The notes under the pieces are model-generated. The model was not told where the DNA came from. It did no database searches and was given only the letters and a program-made list of their open reading frames with translations. From Candidatus Kuenenia stuttgartensis (GTDB lineage Bacteria; Planctomycetota; Planctomycetia; Pirellulales; UBA1268): DNA of 41,414 nt. Positions 10,582 through 19,700 of the stretch are shown piece by piece (the first letter of the stretch is position 1; every line of letters begins with the position of its first letter). Position numbers and translations under genes: made by a program. Where the stretch lies: assembly GCA_945860405.1 (NCBI GenBank), contig CAMARC010000003.1, positions 1-41,414 on the forward strand, written 5' to 3'.

Positions 10582-10977
10582 TTAGCGCTCCGGTTCGATC
10601 GACGCGGACATCGAGCCTTTCGAGCGGGCGATGAGACGATCAGCGCCGAAGGCGTGGATCTGGTCCCGCTTCAGCTCGGCGTGCTCCATGGTGGTCGTGA
10701 GCACGATGACTCGGCCTTGGTCGTCGACCTCCTTGGCGAGCTTCCAGCCCCGCTCCGGCGGGTGCCCGAAGAGCTGGCGGAGCATGACGATCACGTATTG
10801 GTAGGTGTGATCGTCGTCGTTCCAGAGAATGACGTGATACCGCGGCTGCCGACGGGGCCGGTCGTCGGCGGCTTTCTCCTTTTCGGCGGGGGCGGCGGCC
10901 TCCTCGACGGCGACGGTGGCCGCCGAGTCGGGCTCGGTGGGGGCGGGCTCGGATGAAGCACTGGCGGCGGTGGGCAT
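10582..10977 (-). CDS. clpS: ATP-dependent Clp protease adaptor ClpS
   Basis: PRYHVILWNDDDHTYQYV...EVDDQGR...EHAELK. ATG at 10977 gives 131 aa, inside the longer 10582..11544 ORF. Confidence 0.92.
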   Translation of the reverse strand: MPTAASASSEPAPTEPDSAATVAVEEAAAPAEKEKAADDRPRRQPRYHVILWNDDDHTYQYVIVMLRQLFGHPPERGWKLAKEVDDQGRVIVLTTTMEHAELKRDQIHAFGADRLIARSKGSMSASIEPER

Positions 10978-11017
10978 CGGTCTGGCACACTTCCCCGGGT
11001 CGGCGGACCACGACGGA

Positions 11018-11023
11018 AGTATA
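11018..11023 (-). promoter_or_regulatory. Candidate -10 element (TATACT) for clpS
   Basis: TATACT about 40 bp upstream of the clpS ATG in very GC-rich DNA. The same TATACTTC occurs upstream of the M48 gene (3426-3431). Confidence 0.4.
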
Positions 11024-11107
11024 CGTCGCGGTTGCCCCGTGAGCCCTCGCGGGCAACGGCCCCCGACGGCCCGGCCCTGCCGGCCCCCCTCCCCGGAGAT
11101 TCCGCCC

Positions 11108-12397
11108 GTGCTCGACCGCCGTTTCGTCGCCGACAACATCGATCTGATCGAGGAAAACTGCCGGAAGCGCGGGGCTGACGCCGACGTGGCACGGTTCGCC
11201 GAACTCGACCGGCTGCGGCGGCAATTCCAGGCAGACATCGACCGGATCAACCAGCAGGCCGGGCTGGTCAGCAAGTCGATCGGCAAGGCCGCCGATGAGG
11301 CCGAGCGCGACGCCCTCAAAGCCGAGGGGCGGAGGCTCCGCGAGGAGGTGGCAGTCTTCGAGGCGAAGCAGGCCGAGATCGTCGCCGAGTCCGACGCGAT
11401 CCTCCGGGCGATCCCGAATCTCACCCATCCGTCAGCGCCGACCGGCGGCGAGGACGCGGCGGTCGAGTTCCGGCGTGGCAAGACGCCGCTCCCGCAGTTC
11501 TCTTTCAAGCCCCTCGACCATGTCGACCTCGGCGCGAGTCTCAAGCTCTTCGATTTCGATGCCGGGGCGAAGGTGGCAGGGCACGGCTTCTACTTTCTCA
11601 CCAACGACGGCGTGCTCCTCGAGCTGGCGCTGACGCGATACTGCGTCGACCTGCTCCAGCGGAAGGGGTTCACGGTCATGACCACCCCCGATCTGGCGCG
11701 GGACTCGATCCTCGAGGGCACCGGCTTCATGCCCCGGGGCCCGGAAACGCAGATCTACTCGATCACCGGCAGCGACTTGTCGCTCGTGGCTACCGCCGAG
11801 ATCACGCTCGGCGGGGCGATGCACGAGCGGATCTTCGAGGCCGCGGAACTGCCCTTGCGCCTCTGCGGGATCAGTCACTGCTTCCGCACCGAGGCTGGTG
11901 CCCATGGCCGGGCCACACGCGGGCTGTACCGTGTCCATCAGTTCACGAAGGTGGAGATGTTCGCCTTCACGCTCCCCGAGCAGAGCGATGGACTGCACGA
12001 GGAGCTCCTCGAACTCGAGTGCGAGCTGTTTGACGGCCTCGGGATCCCCTACCGCGTGATCGATACGCCGAGCGGCGATCTCGGCGGGCCGGCCTACCGG
12101 AAGTTCGATCTCGAGGCCTGGATGCCGGGGCGCGGCGAAAAGGGGGAGTGGGGAGAGGTGACGAGCACCTCCAACTGCACCGACTATCAAGCCAGGCGTC
12201 TGGCGATCCGCTACCGGAAGCCCGGCGAGAAGGGAACGCACTTCGTCCACACCCTCAATGGCACGGCGATCGCCATGAGCCGGGCGATTATCGCCATCGT
12301 CGAGAATTACCAGCAGGCCGACGGCTCGGTGGCCGTTCCCGAGGCCCTTGTTGCCTGGATGGGAAAGCGTGTCATGACTCCCCCGATCGTCGGCTGA
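11108..12397 (+). CDS. serS: Serine--tRNA ligase
   Basis: GTG start (MLDRRFV) with GGAG upstream, coiled-coil arm, IPN, LVATAE, CFRTEAG, GLYRVHQFTKVE, EVTSTSNCTDYQARRL and HTLNGTA. Confidence 0.97.
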   Translation: MLDRRFVADNIDLIEENCRKRGADADVARFAELDRLRRQFQADIDRINQQAGLVSKSIGKAADEAERDALKAEGRRLREEVAVFEAKQAEIVAESDAILRAIPNLTHPSAPTGGEDAAVEFRRGKTPLPQFSFKPLDHVDLGASLKLFDFDAGAKVAGHGFYFLTNDGVLLELALTRYCVDLLQRKGFTVMTTPDLARDSILEGTGFMPRGPETQIYSITGSDLSLVATAEITLGGAMHERIFEAAELPLRLCGISHCFRTEAGAHGRATRGLYRVHQFTKVEMFAFTLPEQSDGLHEELLELECELFDGLGIPYRVIDTPSGDLGGPAYRKFDLEAWMPGRGEKGEWGEVTSTSNCTDYQARRLAIRYRKPGEKGTHFVHTLNGTAIAMSRAIIAIVENYQQADGSVAVPEALVAWMGKRVMTPPIVG

Positions 12398-12433
12398 ACG
12401 GCGACGGCCGCTTGGCCCCGTTCAAGTCACGAA

Positions 12434-12462
12434 TTGAAGCGGCGGGGGAAATATGATATCAT
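12434..12462 (+). promoter_or_regulatory. Sigma70-type promoter with overlapping palindromic operator
   Basis: TTGAAG (12434-39)-N17-TATCAT (12457-62) with extended -10 TG. Perfect palindrome ATGATATCAT at 12453-12462. Confidence 0.6.
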
Positions 12463-12523
12463 TTAGATGTCGCCACGAAACACGTCCGGCGAGTCTTCCC
12501 CGCTCCTTCCATCCGAGAGAGCC

Positions 12524-13507
12524 ATGAACTCCAACACACCGAGTCCGTCGACGAGTCCTGCGGTCACGATCGCAGAAGTGCACCTGCAGCCGATCTCCGG
12601 CTGGGGCCGATTGTGGCAGGGGCTAGTGCTCGTGGCGTTGCCGGCGGTGATCGTTCCGGCGTCGATCCTTTCTGGCATGCCGTTCCTGATCCCGTTTTTC
12701 ATTGTGCCGGCGGTCCTCGCCGGGATCTTGACCCTAGCCGGCTTGATGGCCGTCGGCCCCAACGAGGCCCGCGTCTGCTCCCTCTTCGGGGAGTACGTGG
12801 GGACGATCCGCCAGACCGGCTTCTTCTGGGCCAATCCCTTCTACACCAAGAAGCCAATCTCGTTGCGGATCCGCAATTTCGAGACCGGCTCGTCGCGGAC
12901 GCCCGAGAAGAAGGATGCCGCGGGGAAGGTCGTGGAGGAGCAGGGGCGAACACATGGCCGCCCGTCGAAGGTCAACGATCTCCACGGCAACCCGGTCGAG
13001 ATTTCGGCCGTGGTGGTGTGGCGCGTCGTGAACACGGCCGAGGCGACGTTCCATGTTCAGGATTACGAAGACTTCGTCGCCGTGCAGAGCGAGGCCGCGT
13101 TGCGGTCGCTCGCGATGCGCTATCCCTACGACAGCGAGGATCACGAGATGTCGCTCCGTGGCAACACCGAGGAGATCTGCAAGCAATTGCGGGCCGACAT
13201 CCAGGAGCGGCTCGACCAGGCCGGCGTCGAGGTCATCGAGGCCCGCATCAGTCATCTTGCCTATGCCGCGGAAATCGCCGCGGCGATGCTCCAGCGGCAG
13301 CAGGCCTCGGCGATCGTCGCCGCCCGCTCGAAGATCGTCGAGGGGGCCGTGACCATGGTGCAGATGGCCCTCGATCATCTCTCGAGGGAGAAGATCGTCG
13401 AACTCGACGACGAACGGAAGGCGGCGATGGTGTCGAACCTCCTCGTCGTCCTCTGCAGCGATCGCCACGCCCAACCGGTGGTCAACACCGGCACGCTCTA
13501 CAACTGA
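12524..13507 (+). CDS. SPFH/band 7 domain membrane protein
   Basis: Two TM segments, FGEYVGT, GFFWANP, KVND-GNPVEI, QSEAALR, ARISHLAYA-EIAAAML-RQQA and MVSNLLVVLC. Alternative start at 12467. Confidence 0.9.
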   Translation: MNSNTPSPSTSPAVTIAEVHLQPISGWGRLWQGLVLVALPAVIVPASILSGMPFLIPFFIVPAVLAGILTLAGLMAVGPNEARVCSLFGEYVGTIRQTGFFWANPFYTKKPISLRIRNFETGSSRTPEKKDAAGKVVEEQGRTHGRPSKVNDLHGNPVEISAVVVWRVVNTAEATFHVQDYEDFVAVQSEAALRSLAMRYPYDSEDHEMSLRGNTEEICKQLRADIQERLDQAGVEVIEARISHLAYAAEIAAAMLQRQQASAIVAARSKIVEGAVTMVQMALDHLSREKIVELDDERKAAMVSNLLVVLCSDRHAQPVVNTGTLYN

Positions 13508-13548
13508 CCGGAGCACGGATCGGTCTGTCCCTAGGAGATCTTCCAGCC

Positions 13549-13755
13549 GTGCCGCCCCGCGATGCCTTTCTCCTAAGGATCGACCCGAAGGTCCTCGCGG
13601 CCCTGCGCCGCTGGGCCGACGACGACATGCGGAGCGTCAACGCGCAGGTGGAGTATCTCCTCCGCCGCTCCCTCCAGGAACATGGCCGTTGGAAGCCGGC
13701 TGACGGCGTCGATGCCGAGCAGGCCCCGAAGCGGGGACGCCCGCGGAAGGACTGA
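13549..13755 (+). CDS. Arc-like ribbon-helix-helix DNA-binding protein
   Basis: GTG start after AGGAG. FLLRIDPKVLAALRRWADDDMRSVNAQVEYLLRRSL is the typical partner of this SPFH subfamily. Confidence 0.85.
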   Translation: MPPRDAFLLRIDPKVLAALRRWADDDMRSVNAQVEYLLRRSLQEHGRWKPADGVDAEQAPKRGRPRKD

Positions 13756-13758
13756 CGA

Positions 13759-16700
13759 TCAGGTGACGATGAACCGGGTGAGTCGACCGGTGTACCGAAT
13801 CCTGATCACGGCATCAGTCGCGGGGTTGTAGCCGGCAACGCCGTCATTGAGGACGAGATACGCTTCGGTCGCGCTCCCGCCGAACGTCACCATCGCCCCA
13901 CGATCGGCAAGAAGAACGGCGGGCGTGAGCAGGAGCTCGAGGGTGGCCGTCGAGAAGGTTCCGGGGTCAGCCAATGCCGTGATCCGATTCCGTGCCAAGG
14001 CCGTCGGGGCATCGAACACGTCGGTGCCGATGGCGAAGTCGGTGATCGTGTCCATCGAGGCGGCCAGCGAGTCGGTGAGGCTCGTCAGCCGGAAGGTGTC
14101 GACGCCGGCTCCGCCGGTGAGGGTGTCGGCCCCCAAGCCACCGGTGAGAATGTTGTCGAGGCCGTTGCCGATGAGTTCGTTGTCGAAGGCATTCCCGGTG
14201 CCGTTGATCGTGCCGAGCCCGGTCAGGGTGAGATTCTCGACGGTGTCACCGAGGGTCCAAGACACGGAGCTCTGGATCGTGTCGACCCCCTCGCCGGGAA
14301 GTTCGACCACGACGTCGGCAACGTCATCGACGACATAGGTGTCGTTGCCAACACCTCCTGCCAGGTAGTCGGCTCCGAGGTTGCCATCAAGGAAGTCGTC
14401 GCCGGCACCGCCGTAGAGCACATCCTGGGAGATCGTTCCGAGGAAGGCATCGTTGCCGAGGGTGCCCACCATTTCCATGCCCAGCGGCGCCGTGTCGACG
14501 GACGTGATGATCAAGGTGCCAGTGGCGTCGGTGTATTCGGCCACGGCGTGGATCACGGCCCCAGCGGGAACGGCATCAACGCTGTTCGGGATGTAGCTGA
14601 GGGCGTTGGCGCCGGGAATCGACACCCAGGCATCGGTGTTGATGTCGAACCACTGCCACTGGACGTTGAGGATGCTGATCACGCCAGCCTCGGCCGGGAT
14701 CGAGAGGACAAGCGTGTTCGCCGGATTGAGGATGCCGAGTGTCGCCGCCGTTGGGTTGGCACTCGACACCGCGGCGAACCCGGCCACATTCGCGATGAAC
14801 GCGCTGGGAAGATCGCTGCCGGCGATCGTGAAGATGGCTGTGGCTTCGGCAACGGCACCGCCGTTGTCGATGACCTGGATCGTGAAGGGGTCGAGGACGG
14901 TCTCGCCCGCGATCAGGGCATCGGTGACCGGGAGAGCGTCGAGGAGCAGATAGCTGACGACCCCAGTCACCATGTCGATCGTCGCAAAGCCGTAGTCGCC
15001 ACCGTGGGTGTAGGTCAGGCCACCGTTATCCGTGTTCCAGCCGAAAGACTCGAGCCACGGGACATCGATCGTCACGGCTCCGTCGGCGTCGGTCAACGTG
15101 AGGGCGACCGTCGCAGTGTTCACGCCGGCAGCGAAAAAGCCAGCTTCCACAAGGCCGTTCGATGGGGCACTCGCGGTCACGGTCGGGGCGTCATTGCCCC
15201 CGGTGATCGCGAACTCGGCGTTGGCTTGGGCCGAGAGGCCGTTTCCGGCGAGGACCTGGATAGGGAAGGTCTCGGAGACGGCTTGGCCTTCGGCGAGGGC
15301 GTTGGTGGCGGCGAGGGCGTCGTCGAGGAAGTAGGTGACGATTGCCGTCGCGATGTCGAGGGTGGCGGTGCCGTAGGCGCCGGCCTTGGCATACGAGAGG
15401 CCGGCGTCGGCGGTGATCCAGCCGTTGAGCTCAAGCCAAGCGGTGTCGATAGCGACGGTGCTGTCGATGCTTCCTAGCGTGAGGGAAGCGGTGGCAGTGT
15501 TGACGCCGAGTGCAATGATGTCGAAGGTGGCGGTCGCTTGTGCCGAGAGGCCGTTGGCGGCGAGGACTTGAATCGGGAAGAGCTCGGAGACGGCTTGGCC
15601 TACGGCGAGGGCGTTGGCGGCGGCGAGGGCGTCGTCGAGGAGGTAGGTGACGATTGCCGTCGCCATGTCGAGGGTCGCGGTGCCGTAGGTGCCGGCCTTG
15701 GCATACGAGAGGCCGAGATCGGCGGTGATCCAGCCGTTGAGTTCGAGCCAAGCGGTATCGATGGTGAAGGTACCGTCGACGCCGGCGAGCGTGAGTGCTG
15801 CGGTTGCGTTGGTGACGCCGACGGCGATGGCGCCGGCTTCGACGAGGCTATTTGAGGCAGCGCTGGCCACGACGGTGGGCGCGTCGGCGGAGCCGGTGAT
15901 GTCGAAAGTCGCGGTCGCTTGGGCGGAGAGGCCGTTGGCGGCGAGGACTTGGATCGAGAAGAGTTCGCTGACGACCTGACCGTCGGCGAGGGCGTTTGTG
16001 GCCGCGAGGGCGTCGTCGAGGAAGTAGGTGACCGTCGCGGTGGCGATGTCGAGAGAAGCGGTGCCGTAGGTGCCGGCCTTGGCGTACGAGAGGCCGGCGT
16101 CGGCGGTGATCCAGCCGTTGAGTTCGAGCCAAGCGGTGTCGATGGCGACGGTGCTATCGACGCTGGCGAGGGTGAGCGCTGCGGTTGCGGTGTTGACGCC
16201 GAGGGCGAGGGCACCGGTTTCGACGAGGCCGTTTGAGGCAGCGCTGGCCACGACGGTGGGCGCGTCGGCGGAGCCGGTGATGTCGAAGGTGGCGGTGGCT
16301 TGGGCGGAGAGGCCGTTGGCGGCGAGGGCTTGGACCTGGAAGAGTTCGCTGACGACCTGACCGTCGGCGAGGGCGTTGGTGGCAGCGAGGGCGTCGTCGA
16401 GGAGGTAAGTGACGATTGCCGTCGCGATGTCGAGGGTCGCGCTGCCGTAGGTGCCGGCCTTGGTGTACGAGAGGCCGAGATCGGCGGTGAGCCAGCCGTT
16501 GAGCTCGAGCCACGCGGTGTCGAAAGCGACGGTGCTGTCGACGCTGGCCAGCGTGAAGGAAGCGGTGGCGGTGTTGACGCCGAGGGCGATGGCGCCGGCT
16601 TCGACGAGGCCGTTCGAGGCCGGTGCGGCGACGACGGTGGGGGGCGTTGCCGTCCCATCGGCGGAGCCGGTGATGTCAAAGGTGGCGGTGGCTTGGGCCG

Positions 16701-19700
16701 AGAGGCCGTTGGCGGCGAGGGCTTGGATCGCGAAAGTCTCGGAGACGGCCTGGCCGTCGGCGAGGGCGTCGGTCGCCGCGAGGGCGTCGTCGAGGAGATA
16801 GCTGATCGTCGCGGTGGCGATGTCGAGGGTCGCGGTGCCGTAGGTGCCGGCGGCCGTGTAGGTGAGGCCCAGGTCGGTGGTCGTCCAGCCGTTGAGATCG
16901 AGCCAAGCGGTGTCGATGGCGACGGTGCTGTCGACACTTGCGAGCGTGAGCGCTGCGGTTGCGGTGTTGACGCCGAGGGCGATGGCGCCGGCTTCGACGA
17001 GGCCGTTCGACGCTGCGGATGCCACGACGGTGGGCGCGTCGGCGGAGCCGGAGATGTCGAATGCGGCGGTGGCTTGGGCGGAGAGGCCGTTGGCGGCGAG
17101 GGCTTGGATCGGGAAGAGTTCACTGACGGCCTGGCCTTCGGCGAGGGCGTTGGTGGCGGCGAGGGCGTCGTCGAGGAGGTAAGTGATGGTCGCGGTGGCG
17201 ATGTCGAGCGTGGCGGTGCCGTAGGTGCCGGCCTTGGTGTACGAGAGGCCGGCGTCGGTGGTGATCCAGCCGTTGAGCCCGAGCCAAGCGGTGTCGATGG
17301 CGACGGTGCTGTCGACGCTGGCGAGCGTGAAGGAAGCGGTGGCGGTGTTGACGCCCGTGACGAGGGCGCCGGCCTCGACGAGGCCGTTGGAAGCGAGAGA
17401 TGCCGTGACGGTGGGGGGAGTCGGGGGCGTGATCGAGGCGTCAGTCGTACCTTGGACGGCGAACACAACCGATGCATCGGTCGAAGCACCGCGATCGTCG
17501 ATGACACGAATGGTGAACGGATCATCGACGGTCTCGCCTGTCGACAAGGCATCGGTGGCAGGGCGCGAGTTGTCAAGGAGGTAGCTGATCGTGTCGCGGG
17601 TGACGTCGAGGGAGGCGGTGCCGTAGTTGCCGGAGAGGGTGTAGATGCTCCCGCCTTCAACGCGCTTCCAGCCCTTGGAAACCAGCCAGGTGTCGTCGTA
17701 GCGAACCGCAGGACTGTCGACATCAGACTTCTTCAACAGCACGGTTGCCGAGTCTGTCCCTGCCGAGGACGAAGTGCCCTCGACGAGAATGTTCGAGGAA
17801 GGGCCAACCTCGACCGAGGGAGCGTTGTTGACTGGGGTGATCGACACCGATTGATCAAACTTCCGTGAAGGCAGCGCCACGCCGTTGGCGGTTCTCGTGA
17901 TCAGCCAGGAGAACTGGCGGGGGGCCGCGTCGGGCGTCGAGGACGTGGAGTCGTACTGCACCTTCCGGAGGAGATTCTCGAACGCGGCGAACGAGTCTCT
18001 GCCGATCGCGGCGGAGGTGATTGCGAAGGTGCCGCCAGGTGTCACCGAAGCGGTGAACGCATCCGTGCCGTCATTGCCATTTTGTAGCCAGAATTCGGTG
18101 GGTGTCGCTGTGAGAGAGGGAACAAACAGCCCCGCGGCGAGACTCGATTCCGTTGTGCCCGAAGCGTCACCCTTGGCACCCTGCACCCGAATGCGGTCGG
18201 TGACCAAAGCAGCAGGAATCGTCAGCGCGACGGTCGTGATCGTCTCCGGAGCATTCGAACCGCTGCCCGAGTTGCGGCGGAGCGAGATCGTCGGCTGGAG
18301 CGAAACCGGTGCTTCCCTCTCCGTGTAGCTGATCGACGGGGTCACGTCGCGCACCGTCCGGAATTCGGCTTTGCCGATGACCCGGAACACCAAGTCCTTC
18401 TTCGCCGTCTGCGGCTTGCTCGTCGAGCGGCGGCTGGCGACACCGGTGTCGATGACCTGAATGGTGAACTTGTCCTCCGCCACCTCCCCTTCGTCGAGGT
18501 TATCGGTGGCCGGCAGCGTGTTATCGATTTCGTAGGTCACCGTGTCGGTGGCAACGGTCAGAGTTGCCTTTCCGTAGGTGCCCCTGGCACTGTAGGTCGA
18601 GCCGTCGTCAGTGGTGGCCCAACCGTTGGCTTTCAGCCCGGCTTCGTCGTACCTCACGCCGGTGCTGTCGGAGTCGGACTTCTTCACGGTCGCGGAGGTG
18701 GTCGACGTACCGCTGTTGCCGTCGCCCTCCTCGGCGAGATCTGTCGGAGTGGTGATCTCGTCGATCGTCGGGGCGTTGTTGACCAGGGTGATCGTGACGG
18801 TGCTGCCGACGGTGCGCACGGGGAGAGGAACGCCGCTGGACGAGACGGCACTCGCGATGCGCCACGTGAACAGTCGTCCTTCAGTCGTGGGAGACGGGGA
18901 AGTGTTGTCGTAACGGACGCCGCGAATGAGGGTCTGGAAGGCCGCGAAGGAGCCTGCTCCGGTGGTCCCCGGAGCGGTAAAGGTGACCTCGCCCCCGGGG
19001 GTGAAAGCCGCGGTGAATCGAATCGCGGCCCCCTCGCCAATCTGCAGCCAGAAGTCGGTGCGCGACTGTGGCCCGACCGCGATGCCGGTGGCGATCGGCG
19101 ATACAGTCGTGCCCGCGGCGTCGCCCTTGGCACCCGGCACGTGGATCCGGTCGGCTGTGGTGGCCGATGGGATTGTCAGCACGGCGCTGGTGATCGTGTT
19201 GGGGGCGGCGCTGCCGCGGCCCGAGTTCCGCCCGAGGGTGAGGTGTGGCTGAAGAGGGACAGCGTCGCTTCCCTCGGCGTACCTGACCGACCTTGCGACT
19301 CCGCTGATCGTGTTGAACTCGACGGGAACCGACTGGCCATTGAAGGTGAGAATGCCGTGATCGTCCTCAAGCCGCAGGCGTGACAACTCGGTGGTGGAGG
19401 GCGATACGCCGCGGACAAGCTCGGAGAAATACTCCCCCTCGTCGCCGCGGGAGTCGATGCCGTGGTTAAGAAGCGTGTCGAGGTGGTGGCCGATCTCCTC
19501 GAAAACGACCGAGCGGACGACCTGCGCGGAAGCCGAAAGGATATCGGAGCGGAGATAGATCGTCGGCCCGCCGGGGGCAGTGGCAGAATAGGCGCCGCCG
19601 TGATTGCCAAGCACCGAAGAATCAAGGAGACGGAAGGAGACACCGAGGGCCGAAGTCCCGGCGAGGAGGCGTTGTTCGACCGAGGTGGCCTTCAGTTCGA

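Noticed and set aside
10916-11544. Long overlap of the clpS and serS ORFs
   Set aside because: Artefact of longest-ORF calling. Real starts at 10977 (-) and 11108 (+) leave a 130-bp divergent gap.
15180-17420. Possible CRISPR array or DGR template/variable repeat
   Set aside because: Units are 381-bp in-frame coding repeats with no unique spacers and no adenine-specific variation. No cas or reverse transcriptase gene is in the window.
15600-17868. Long Pro/Ser/Thr-rich (707 aa) and antisense (522 aa) ORFs in the repeat array, and similar ORFs such as 7974..9821, 23831..25414, 25405..27048 and 33312..35279
   Set aside because: These are alternative-frame shadows expected from high-GC codon bias. 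They have no motifs or RBS support.
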